Shown piece after piece: positions 55,506-64,000 of a stretch of 64,000 nucleotides of DNA. The stretch's first letter is position 1; the number at the start of each line of letters is the position of its first letter. Both the position numbers and the translations under genes were made by a program. Below the pieces are notes generated by a model. The model saw nothing but the letters and a program-made list of their open reading frames with translations, was not told the origin of the DNA and made no database searches. This DNA comes from Candidatus Versatilivorator sp. GTDB lineage: Bacteria > Acidobacteriota > Terriglobia > Versatilivoradales > Versatilivoraceae. The stretch covers positions 3,448,782 to 3,512,781 of the forward strand of contig OZ242296.1 of the NCBI GenBank assembly GCA_965207735.1. The letters run 5' to 3'.

Positions 55506-58373
55506 ATGTTGGAAGGACGCTATCTCGACCTGTTCCAGGACCTTTCCGGAATCATTCCCGGTGAGCGGCTCATCCGGGACGACCTGCGCACCCTGGCCTA
55601 CGGGACGGACGCCAGCTTCTACCGCCTGATCCCCAAGCTGGTGGTCCGGGTCGACACCGAAGCCGAGGTGGGGGAAGTCCTGAGGCAGTGCCGCGCCCAC
55701 CGGCTGCCACTCACCTTTCGCGCGGGAGGAACCAGCCTCTCGGGGCAGTCCCTCAGCGACTCGGTGCTGATGCAGTTGGGCACGGGGTGGCGGGGGATCC
55801 GAATCGAGGACGAGGGCAGGCTTATCACCTTGCAGCCCGGCGTGGTCGGCGCCCACGCCAACGCCCGCCTGGCTCCCTACCGGCGCAAGATCGGGCCCGA
55901 CCCGGCTTCCATCAACGCCGCCATGGTGGGTGGCATCGCCGCCAACAACGCCAGCGGCATGTGTTGCGGCACCTCCCAGAACAGCTACCGCACCCTGGAG
56001 AGCATGAGGGTCATCCTTGCCGACGGCGCCGTCCTGGACACTCGCAGCCATGCCAGCAAGGATCGATTCCGCCAGGCCCGACCGAACCTGGTGGAACGCA
56101 TCGGTCGACTGGCGGAGCGGACTCGGCAGAACGGGGAACTGGCCGGCCGGATTCGCCGCAAGTTCAAGATGAAGAACACCACCGGCTACAGCCTGAACGC
56201 CCTGATCGATTTCGAAGATCCCATCGACGTGATCCAGCACCTGATGATCGGGTCCGAAGGCACCTTGGGCTTCATCTCCGAAATCACCTACCGGACCGTG
56301 CCCGACCATCCCTACAAGGCCACCGCCCTGATCCTCTTCCCGGATATCAGGACCGCCTGTGAAGCCACCACCCTGTTAAGGAACTGTCCCGTCTCGGCGG
56401 TCGAGATCATGGACCGGGCCGGACTGCGCTCGGTGGAAGACAAGCCCGGCCTGCCCCTGGACCTGAAGAATCTGGACCCGTCGGTGGCAGCCCTGCTGGT
56501 CGAGACCCGGGGGGAAACACCCGAAGACCTGGACCGGCACTTGGGAGCTACCACCCGAAGCCTGGCCGATCTGCCTACGGTGGAGCCGGTCGCCTTCACC
56601 CGGGACCCCGCCGAGCAGCTCCGCCTCTGGAACATCCGCAAGGGTCTTTTCCCCTCCATAGGGGCTATCCGGGAAATCGGGACCACCGTCATCATCGAAG
56701 ACGTGGCCTTCCCCATCGACCGTCTGGCCGAAGCCACCCTGCAGCTCCAGCAACTCTTCCGCAAGCACCACTACTCGGAAGCCATCATCTTCGGGCACGC
56801 CCTGGAGGGCAATCTCCATTTCGTCTTCACCCAGGATTTCAACCGCCCCGAGGAAGTTCGCCGCTATCGGGACTTCATCGACGACCTCACCGAAATGGTG
56901 GTTCGCAGCTACGACGGCTCGCTCAAGGCGGAGCACGGCACCGGCCGCAATATGGCCCCCTTCGTGGAGTTGGAGTGGGGGGCCGAAGCCTACGGGCTGA
57001 TGCGGAAGATCAAGGCCGTCTTCGATCCCGAAAACCTTCTCAACCCGGGGGTGATCCTCAACAGCGACCCCCGGATCCACCTCAAGAACCTCAAGCCCCT
57101 GCCCAAGGCCCACTCGGTGGTCGACAAGTGCACCGAATGCGGTTTCTGCGAGGTCAACTGCCCCTCCCGGGACCTGACCCTTACCCCTCGCCAACGGATC
57201 GCGGTTTGGCGTGAGATCTCCCGGCTCCGATCCGGCGGCGGCAACCCCGCTCGATTGGTCGAGCTGACCGGTCGCTACGCCTACCAGGGCAACGCCACCT
57301 GCGCTACCGACGGACTGTGCGCTATCGCCTGCCCGGTCAACATCGACACGGGCAAGCTCATCAAGGACCTGCGTCGCCTTGAGATTCCCGCATGGCAAGA
57401 CCGGACCGCCACCTTGCTGGCCGACCACTTCGGACTGGTTACGGCCTCGCTGCGGATGCTGTTGACCGCCACCCACCAGTTCCATCGGCTGTTGGGCCCG
57501 GAAGGCATGCGGCAAGTCACGAATTGGGCTCGGAAGCTTTCCGGGAACCGGCTGCCGCAATGGAATCCCTACCTGCCCGGGGCCGCCGAAGTCTTGACCA
57601 AATCGGGTGACGAAGGCCGGTCGCCCTTGAAGGCGGTCTACTTCCCAAGCTGTCTCAGTCGGACGCTGGGCGTGGCCGGCGACAGTGGGGGCCAGCCCTC
57701 TCAGAACCGCAAGTTGGAGTTGCTGATGCGCAAGGCGGGCGTGGAGCCGGTCTATCCGGAAAACCTGGACAGCCTCTGCTGCGGGATGCCCTTTGCCAGC
57801 AAGGGATTCGAGCGGCAGGGAGCCCGCAAGCAGGAGGAGTTGCAGCGGGCTTTGAACCTGACTTCCCGCGACGGCCACTATCCCGTTCTGGTGGACACCA
57901 GCCCCTGTCTCTTTCGCCTGAAGGAATCGGCTCACTTCGACCCGGAGTTTTCCATCTACGAGCCGGCGGAGTTTATTCTGAAGGTACTGCGGCCGGGACT
58001 CACCTTCAGCAAGCGCGCCGGCCCGGTGGCCCTGCACAGCCCCTGCAGCTCCCGCAAGATGGGGCTGGACAGCTCCTTGCGACAGGTCGCCGAACTCTGC
58101 TCCGAGGAGGTCATCGTCCCCGATAGCGTGGGCTGCTGCGGCTTCGCCGGAGACCGGGGCTTCAGCCATCCGGAGCTGACCGCATCAGCCCTCGGCTCCC
58201 TGAAGGCCTCCCTGCCGCCCAGTTGCCCGGTGGGCTACTCCACCAGCAAGACCTGCGAGATCGGGCTGTCGCTGCACGCCCGCATCCCCTATCAGTCGAT
58301 TGCCTATCTGGTGGATGAGTGCACGGAAGGGCGGGTCCGGCAGGGTGGGGGAGAGGACTCCGGGGACGGGTAA
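55506..58373 (+). CDS. FAD-linked oxidase fused to Fe-S (4Fe-4S + CCG) domains (YdiJ / D-2-hydroxyacid dehydrogenase-like)
   Basis: FAD_binding_4 (RAGGTSLSGQS). Ferredoxin-like CxxCxxCxxxCP (CTECGFCEVNCP; CATDGLCAIACP). Two CCG cysteine-rich motifs near the C-terminus. 955 aa. Confidence 0.8.
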   Translation: MLEGRYLDLFQDLSGIIPGERLIRDDLRTLAYGTDASFYRLIPKLVVRVDTEAEVGEVLRQCRAHRLPLTFRAGGTSLSGQSLSDSVLMQLGTGWRGIRIEDEGRLITLQPGVVGAHANARLAPYRRKIGPDPASINAAMVGGIAANNASGMCCGTSQNSYRTLESMRVILADGAVLDTRSHASKDRFRQARPNLVERIGRLAERTRQNGELAGRIRRKFKMKNTTGYSLNALIDFEDPIDVIQHLMIGSEGTLGFISEITYRTVPDHPYKATALILFPDIRTACEATTLLRNCPVSAVEIMDRAGLRSVEDKPGLPLDLKNLDPSVAALLVETRGETPEDLDRHLGATTRSLADLPTVEPVAFTRDPAEQLRLWNIRKGLFPSIGAIREIGTTVIIEDVAFPIDRLAEATLQLQQLFRKHHYSEAIIFGHALEGNLHFVFTQDFNRPEEVRRYRDFIDDLTEMVVRSYDGSLKAEHGTGRNMAPFVELEWGAEAYGLMRKIKAVFDPENLLNPGVILNSDPRIHLKNLKPLPKAHSVVDKCTECGFCEVNCPSRDLTLTPRQRIAVWREISRLRSGGGNPARLVELTGRYAYQGNATCATDGLCAIACPVNIDTGKLIKDLRRLEIPAWQDRTATLLADHFGLVTASLRMLLTATHQFHRLLGPEGMRQVTNWARKLSGNRLPQWNPYLPGAAEVLTKSGDEGRSPLKAVYFPSCLSRTLGVAGDSGGQPSQNRKLELLMRKAGVEPVYPENLDSLCCGMPFASKGFERQGARKQEELQRALNLTSRDGHYPVLVDTSPCLFRLKESAHFDPEFSIYEPAEFILKVLRPGLTFSKRAGPVALHSPCSSRKMGLDSSLRQVAELCSEEVIVPDSVGCCGFAGDRGFSHPELTASALGSLKASLPPSCPVGYSTSKTCEIGLSLHARIPYQSIAYLVDECTEGRVRQGGGEDSGDG

Positions 58374-58389
58374 GGCATCGGGGCCGGTC

Positions 58390-58665
58390 TCACCCCTTCT
58401 GCTCCCGGTCAACCTCCGCGCTTGCCAGGACCTCATAGAGGGAAGCCGCTTCGATCCTTCGGGTGTCTGAGCCGGGCAGGCGAGCCACCTTCACCCTCAG
58501 CGTTCCAAGCCTCTGACGGCACTCGATCAGATCCCCGACCTTGATCGACTTGCCCCCCTTCGACACCTGCCCGTTGACCGAGACCGCTCCCGCCGCGCAG
58601 GCTTGCTGAGCCAAGGTCCGCCGGGAGATCAGGCGGGACCTTTTCAGGAATAAATCCAACCGCAT
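58390..58665 (-). CDS. RNA-binding S4 domain protein (Hsp15/YaaA-like)
   Basis: MRLDLFLKRSRLISRRTLAQQACAAGAVSVNGQ is an S4 fold signature. Confidence 0.7.
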   Translation of the reverse strand: MRLDLFLKRSRLISRRTLAQQACAAGAVSVNGQVSKGGKSIKVGDLIECRQRLGTLRVKVARLPGSDTRRIEAASLYEVLASAEVDREQKG

Positions 58666-58698
58666 GGATATGGATTCGGGTAGGGGAGAGGCGGGAAC

Positions 58699-59778
58699 TT
58701 ACTTCTTCTGCTGTCCCTCGAAGGCCGCGGGCGGGGGATCCTCGCCGACAGGCTGATCCCCATCGGCAGAGGCGGTCGCCACCTCGGACCCGCTGTCCAG
58801 GTAGCCTTCCTTGAGACGGATGTAGCTCTGGCGGCGCAGCTTCTCCATATACTTCCGAAGGGCCGGGAGCGCCTTGTCCTCAACCAGCTTGTTGCGGATT
58901 TGATCCTTGACCACGTCCAGGGGTTGAATGCCGGCCACGTTTTTTTCGATCACCTTGAAGATGCGGAGGCCTCCCTGGCCTTCTACAATGTCGGTGATCT
59001 GACCTCGCCGCAGTGAAAAGACCATCTCCTCGATCTCCTTCAGGAGCATTCCTCTGCGGAAAAATCCCAGGTCCCCCGCCTGCTTGGCGGTCGGCCCGTC
59101 GGAATACTGGGCCACCAGCTCGCCGAACAACTCTCCGCCCCTGGCCTTCTCCAGCACTTCCTCGGCCCTCTTCCGGAGCCGCTCGACGTCGGAAGGATCC
59201 TCTCCGTTGGAGGCGATCAGAATCTCCTGGAGCCGCACCTGTTCCGGCCGATCGAACTTATCCCGGTTGGCCTCGTAGAAGGTCTCGATTTCCTCGGTCG
59301 AAATCTGGATGCGGTAGTAGACTTCCCGCCCCAGCACCTGTTCTCTCAGGCTCTGTTCTTTGATTCTCTTTCTGAACTCGACGGGATTGATGCCCTGACC
59401 GCGCATCTCCTGCTCCAGGGCTTCGATGCTGGGGAGATTGTTCTCTTTTCGAACCCGGTCCAGATACTTGATGATGTCGGTATCGGCGGTCATCCCCAGT
59501 TCCACTGCCTTCTGCACCAGGAGCCGTTCCTCGATCATGTTCTTGAGCAGATCCTTTTCGCCCTCGCTCACGGCCTGCGCCAGTTCTTCTCCGGAGAGCT
59601 TTTGCCGCGCCTGGACTCGGAGCTTGAGCAGGTTTACGGCTTCCTCGTACTCCGATTTGGTGATGATGTCGTTGTTGACCCGGCAGATGATCTCCTCGAA
59701 GACGATGGTTTCCGCCAGAGACGTGCCAGACAGCAGCAGCACTCCAGCCAGCACCCCGTGAGAAAGCCTTGTCTTCAT
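58699..59778 (-). CDS. SurA-like periplasmic chaperone / parvulin-type peptidyl-prolyl isomerase
   Basis: Signal peptide, SurA N-terminal domain, and a PpiC domain (GELFGELVAQYSDGPTAKQAGDLGFFRRGMLLKEIEEMVFSL). Start set at MKTRLSHG. Confidence 0.75.
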   Translation of the reverse strand: MKTRLSHGVLAGVLLLSGTSLAETIVFEEIICRVNNDIITKSEYEEAVNLLKLRVQARQKLSGEELAQAVSEGEKDLLKNMIEERLLVQKAVELGMTADTDIIKYLDRVRKENNLPSIEALEQEMRGQGINPVEFRKRIKEQSLREQVLGREVYYRIQISTEEIETFYEANRDKFDRPEQVRLQEILIASNGEDPSDVERLRKRAEEVLEKARGGELFGELVAQYSDGPTAKQAGDLGFFRRGMLLKEIEEMVFSLRRGQITDIVEGQGGLRIFKVIEKNVAGIQPLDVVKDQIRNKLVEDKALPALRKYMEKLRRQSYIRLKEGYLDSGSEVATASADGDQPVGEDPPPAAFEGQQKK

Positions 59779-60032
59779 GGTCCCTCCTCCTCGAACTCCC
59801 CCTGACGGGCAGAACCCGGATCTTTCCTTTAAGCGCATACCCGATGTTAACCGAAAACTCCCCGGAAGTTAACCCACCCGTGTCAGAGGGGGTGTACGAC
59901 CCATTGCGGGGAGAGGAGTGTAGCGCATTCCGGCAGCCGTGTGCCAGGCGTCGGTTGCCCCCCACCGCTACATCAGTGCTGCACGACGAATTTTACACAA
60001 GGCTCATGGTTTACACGCTGCTGACGGAGGAC

Positions 60033-63000
60033 TCAGGAAGCCAGTTCGCCCAGCAGCCCTTGCACCGAGGAAAGCAACTCCCCCTGGGAGACGCCTGCCG
60101 ACCGAAGCCTCAATTGACCTCCCGGGCTCACCGAGAGTCCGGGGACACTGGAGACGGTTTCCACCAGCTTGTGGGGCGGTATGGGGGTTCTGGGGTGAAA
60201 GGTGATGGCGATGCCCTGACGATCTCTCTCCATCGACTGCACCAGAATCTTTTCCGCCAGGCGGCGCACTCTCATGTATTGCAGGAGCCTCTCGACCTCC
60301 TCCGGCAGCGGTCCGTAGCGGTCCTCCATCTCCTCCCGGAGGGCATCCATATCAGCGTCCAGCTTCAGGGAGGAGATGCGCTTATAGACGCTCAGCCGTT
60401 GATTTTCCTCGGGGATGTAGTCCGGCGGGATTTTGACGCTCACCTTGAGATCGATCTGGGTCTGGATCTCGGGGAGGACTTCCTGGCCCTCGAGTTCCCT
60501 GATGGTCCGTTCCAGCATTTGACAGTAAAGATCGAAGCCGATGGCGTTGACATGCCCATGCTGTTCCCCACCCAGCAGGTTGCCCGCACCCCTCAACTCC
60601 AGGTCCAGCGCCGCCACCTTGAACCCCGATCCCAGCTCGCTGAACTCTTTCAACGCCGCCAGCCGCTGCCGTGCGATGCCCGAGAGCGTCTGCCGCGGCG
60701 GGACCAGCAGAAAGGCATAGGCGCGGCGGCTGGAACGGCCCACCCGTCCCCGCAACTGGTAGAGCTGAGAGAGACCGAACCGGTCGGCTCGATTGACGAT
60801 CATGGTGTTGACCAGAGGGATGTCCAGGCCGTTTTCAATAATCGTAGTGGAAACAAGCACGTCGGCCTCGTGCCTCAGGAACTTGAGCAGGGTGGCTTCC
60901 AGATCCTTTTCCTTCATCTGGCCGTGAGCTACCAGCAGTCGAGCTTCAGGGCAGATTTCCTGGAGCAGTGCGGCAATGGAATCGATGGTCTCCACCTGGT
61001 TGTGGACGAAAAAGATCTGTCCCTGGCGTTCCAGTTCATTTCTAATGGCGTTTTGGATGACCTGGCGACTGAAGGGCAGCACCGCGGTCTGTATGGCCAG
61101 GCGATCCCTGGGTGGCGTCTCAATCACCGACATGTCCCGGATGCCCGTCAATGACATGTGCAGTGTTCTCGGAATGGGGGTGGCCGTCATGGTGAGGGTG
61201 TCGACGTTCTTCTTCAACTGCCTCAGCCTCTCCTTGTGAGCCACCCCGAAGCGCTGCTCCTCGTCCACGACCAACAGGCCCAGGTCCCGAAACCGGATGT
61301 CCTTGGAAAGCATGCGGTGGGTGCCGATGAGGATGTCGACCTTGCCGGTGGCCACCCGCTCCAGGATGGCCTTCTGTTCCCTGGGGCTCCGGAATCGGCT
61401 CAACATCTCAATGGTGATGGGAAACGCGGTAAAGCGCTGCCTGAAGCGCAGGTAATGCTGGTAGACCAGGATGGTCGTAGGCGCCAGGACTGCCGACTGC
61501 TTGCCGTCGAAGGCGGCCTTGAAGGCCGCGCGCATGGCCACCTCGGTCTTGCCGAAGCCCACGTCTCCACAGAGCAGCCGGTCCATGGGGCTGCTCAATT
61601 CCATGTCCCGGTAGAGGTCTCGAATGGCCTCCCTTTGATCCGGGGTCTCGGTGAACTCGAAAGCATCTTCGAATTCCTGATGCCAGTGGCTGTTGGCGGC
61701 AAAGCGGTATCCCGGCGCGATCCTTCTCCGGGCATAGAGATCGAGCAGTTCCTCGGCCATGTCCCGGATGGACTTGCGGGCGCGGGCCTTGGCTCGTTTC
61801 CAGCTCACTCCTCCCAGCTTGTCCAGGGGAGGGTGGGCGCTTTCGCCGCTGCTGTGCTTTTGAACCAGGTCCATCCGCTCCAGAGGGACGTAAAGCCGGG
61901 CTTCGTCGAAATACTCCAGGATCATGAACTCCTGGTTCACTCCATCGCGGTCGATCTGCTTGAGCCCCCGGTAGCGGCCGATACCGTGGTCGACGTGCAC
62001 CAGGTAGTCCCCCGGACTCAGCTCGCGGAAGTCGGACACGAAGGTCCCGCTTCTGGACCTGGATGGGGCCGGGTGGGAGAGGTACTCCACTTCATCGAAG
62101 ACGTCCTCGTCCCCGAAGATGCTGATCCCTGCCGAGCGGTGGCGGAACCCTTCCAGGACGTGGCCGACCACCACGGCAATCCGGGCAGGTGTCCCATTGG
62201 CCGGTCGGTCCTTGGCGCCGAAATCGCAAACGACCGGAAGATCGTATTCCCGCAGCATTTCCCCCAGGCGCTCGGCCCTTCCCAGGGAAGACTGCGCGAA
62301 CAGCAGTCGAACGCCGGCTTCCAGCCACTGGCGCAGGTCCCGTGCCAGGCTTGCGATGTCGCCATGGTACTTTCGGAGGGGAGTTGTTTGGCAGTCAATG
62401 TGGATTGGGGGCGGATCGGCGGCCGCTTGAGACCCTGAATCGACCGTTCCGGCTGCCGTCTTGCCCGCGGAGGGGGACGGGGAGAGAGAGAGATCCAGCG
62501 GTTGGCCGGGGGCGGTTCCCAGTTGCTGCAGGTCGATGACCGGACGGCCCTCCAGCCGTTCCCCGACCTCGGCCAGGGAAACGCAGAGGTCTTCCGGATT
62601 CAAGCTGGGCCACCCGCGCCGGCCGAGCGCCTCCCGATCCCCGGCCATATCCGCCCACCAGTGGCGCAGCCCCTCCTCCAGCTCGTCCGGCTCATCCCTC
62701 ACCACCACGAAATCGCCCGCGAAGTCCAGAAACGACATCTTCAGCGGAAGCGTCAGCCCGTGCAGGAACTCGAACCCCTGGAAGTGCTCCCCGCGGCTTG
62801 CTTGAACGACCTGGGTCTCGAAGAAAGCCGGAAAATCTGCGGGAGACCATCTCTCGGAAGCCTCCTGGCTCCACTCCCGCAGAGCATCGGGACCCACGAA
62901 GGTCTCTCTCATTGGAACGGGAGTTACGCTCTCGAGCCGCCCCACCGACCGCTGCGAACTGACGGAAAACTCCCGGAGCGACTCGATCTCATCTCCGAAG

Positions 63001-63704
63001 AACTCGATGCGGGCGGGGTTGGGGCTCCCCGGGGGATAGATATCCAGAATCCCTCCCCGGCGGGAGAAGGTTCCCACACCGGTCACCGGCTCTTCCTTGA
63101 CGTACCCTGCCCGTTTCAGGTAGGCGATCAGACCCTCCAGGGAGATCTCTCTGCCCAGAGCCAGTTCGGGCACCTGGCGGAAGTCGGGGAGAAATTCCGG
63201 CAATCGAGCCAACAGTGCCGTGGGGCCGCAGAGCAGAATATCCAGGGTTCGCCGGTGAATCTTCCAGAGAGCCAGCGTCCGCTGCTCCACCGCCTCGGCA
63301 TGGGGAGACAGACCGCTATAGGGCCCCGGCTCCAGTGCGGGAAAGGTGGCTACACGCTCCCCCGGGTTTTCGGAGAGGCTGCGATGATAGAAGGCCGTGG
63401 TGGCGGCCATGGCCTCCAGGTCAGGCACGCCGGCACTGAGGAACAGAATGGGGCGATTCAGGATCCGATGCAGGAGAGCCAGGTAGGCGGGTTTTGCGGA
63501 CGGCGTGATGCCGGACAGGGTGATCCAGCAGGATGCGGAATCGACCTGACGGGGAATCGACTGGAGGAGAGGGTCCTGCGCCAGTTGGGTAAGCAGATGT
63601 CGGGTAGCCAAATCGATCGGGAAACGAGTTCGGAAGGCCCGGGGCTCGGCCACCGGGTCAACCCCGCTAAGCCTGCCGGCCGTAGCGGCGAAGAATGCGC
63701 TCAA
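60033..63704 (-). CDS. mfd: transcription-repair coupling factor
   Basis: 1223 aa. UvrB-homology N-terminus, RNAP-interaction domain, and a superfamily-2 translocase ([31 protein letters not shown]). TRG motif present. Confidence 0.9.
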   Translation of the reverse strand: MSAFFAATAGRLSGVDPVAEPRAFRTRFPIDLATRHLLTQLAQDPLLQSIPRQVDSASCWITLSGITPSAKPAYLALLHRILNRPILFLSAGVPDLEAMAATTAFYHRSLSENPGERVATFPALEPGPYSGLSPHAEAVEQRTLALWKIHRRTLDILLCGPTALLARLPEFLPDFRQVPELALGREISLEGLIAYLKRAGYVKEEPVTGVGTFSRRGGILDIYPPGSPNPARIEFFGDEIESLREFSVSSQRSVGRLESVTPVPMRETFVGPDALREWSQEASERWSPADFPAFFETQVVQASRGEHFQGFEFLHGLTLPLKMSFLDFAGDFVVVRDEPDELEEGLRHWWADMAGDREALGRRGWPSLNPEDLCVSLAEVGERLEGRPVIDLQQLGTAPGQPLDLSLSPSPSAGKTAAGTVDSGSQAAADPPPIHIDCQTTPLRKYHGDIASLARDLRQWLEAGVRLLFAQSSLGRAERLGEMLREYDLPVVCDFGAKDRPANGTPARIAVVVGHVLEGFRHRSAGISIFGDEDVFDEVEYLSHPAPSRSRSGTFVSDFRELSPGDYLVHVDHGIGRYRGLKQIDRDGVNQEFMILEYFDEARLYVPLERMDLVQKHSSGESAHPPLDKLGGVSWKRAKARARKSIRDMAEELLDLYARRRIAPGYRFAANSHWHQEFEDAFEFTETPDQREAIRDLYRDMELSSPMDRLLCGDVGFGKTEVAMRAAFKAAFDGKQSAVLAPTTILVYQHYLRFRQRFTAFPITIEMLSRFRSPREQKAILERVATGKVDILIGTHRMLSKDIRFRDLGLLVVDEEQRFGVAHKERLRQLKKNVDTLTMTATPIPRTLHMSLTGIRDMSVIETPPRDRLAIQTAVLPFSRQVIQNAIRNELERQGQIFFVHNQVETIDSIAALLQEICPEARLLVAHGQMKEKDLEATLLKFLRHEADVLVSTTIIENGLDIPLVNTMIVNRADRFGLSQLYQLRGRVGRSSRRAYAFLLVPPRQTLSGIARQRLAALKEFSELGSGFKVAALDLELRGAGNLLGGEQHGHVNAIGFDLYCQMLERTIRELEGQEVLPEIQTQIDLKVSVKIPPDYIPEENQRLSVYKRISSLKLDADMDALREEMEDRYGPLPEEVERLLQYMRVRRLAEKILVQSMERDRQGIAITFHPRTPIPPHKLVETVSSVPGLSVSPGGQLRLRSAGVSQGELLSSVQGLLGELAS

Positions 63705-64000
63705 TGATTGCGCTAGAGGACTGCCCCTCCAGGTAGGGCAGGGGAACCACCCTGCCGCCGGCCGCCTCCACCTCCTGGCGTCCCACGATGGTTTCCACCG
63801 TCCAGTCGCCCCCCTTGACCAGCACGTCGGGAAGCAGGGCCGCGATCAGCCGCTGGGGCGTATCCTGGTCGAAGACCGTAATGTAATCGACGCTGTCAAG
63901 CCCCGAGAGCAGGCGGGTCCGTTCATCCTGGGTCAGGATGGGCCGCATGGGGCCCTTCAGGTCTCTGACCGAACGATCGCTGTTGACACCGACAATCAGG
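63667..64000 (-). CDS. cytidylyltransferase-like adenylyltransferase (RfaE domain II / HldE C-terminal-like), 5'-partial at window end
   Basis: [48 protein letters not shown]...LVKGGDW. The reading frame continues past position 64000. Confidence 0.6.
   Translation of the reverse strand, partial: LIVGVNSDRSVRDLKGPMRPILTQDERTRLLSGLDSVDYITVFDQDTPQRLIAALLPDVLVKGGDWTVETIVGRQEVEAAGGRVVPLPYLEGQSSSAIIERILRRYGRQA

Overview
High-GC (~65%) bacterial chromosomal window, with gene content resembling Acidobacteria-type soil bacteria. It mixes housekeeping genes (cysE, bioA, mpg, an IDH/IMDH-family dehydrogenase, mfd, SurA-like PPIase, TonB-dependent receptor, P450) with a carbohydrate-active neighbourhood (DUF1080/3-keto-disaccharide hydrolase, UxuA-like, two paralogous Tat-secreted TIM-barrel hydrolase-like proteins, CehA/McbA metallohydrolase, BNR sialidase) and two accessory regions.

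(1) A ~3.7 kb lower-GC island (12.6-16.4 kb) carries an XRE-HTH gene overlapping a retron-type reverse transcriptase (NAxxH, YADD and VTG-like motifs), followed by an AAA_16/ATPase_2-like P-loop NTPase. A ~770 bp structured non-coding leader with a sigma70-like promoter lies upstream. This is a candidate retron-like anti-phage system whose RT-XRE-ATPase composition I do not recognise as a described subtype.

(2) A ~15 kb defense/TA island (31.2-46.0 kb) contains an orphan vapB whose vapC start is fused to a hydrolase gene, an AbrB-PIN pair, and a Type I R-M operon (hsdM-hepT-mntA-hsdS-DUF4238-DUF2806-[IS1634 insertion]-hsdR). It also carries higBA, phd with a frameshifted vapC, and a solo MazE-like gene.

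Two MITE-like dispersed repeat families, purine-rich AAGGG-periodic tracts, and a tandem duplication with a hairpin-element insertion at a hydrolase gene 3' end are also present. No rRNA, tRNA or CRISPR arrays were recognised.
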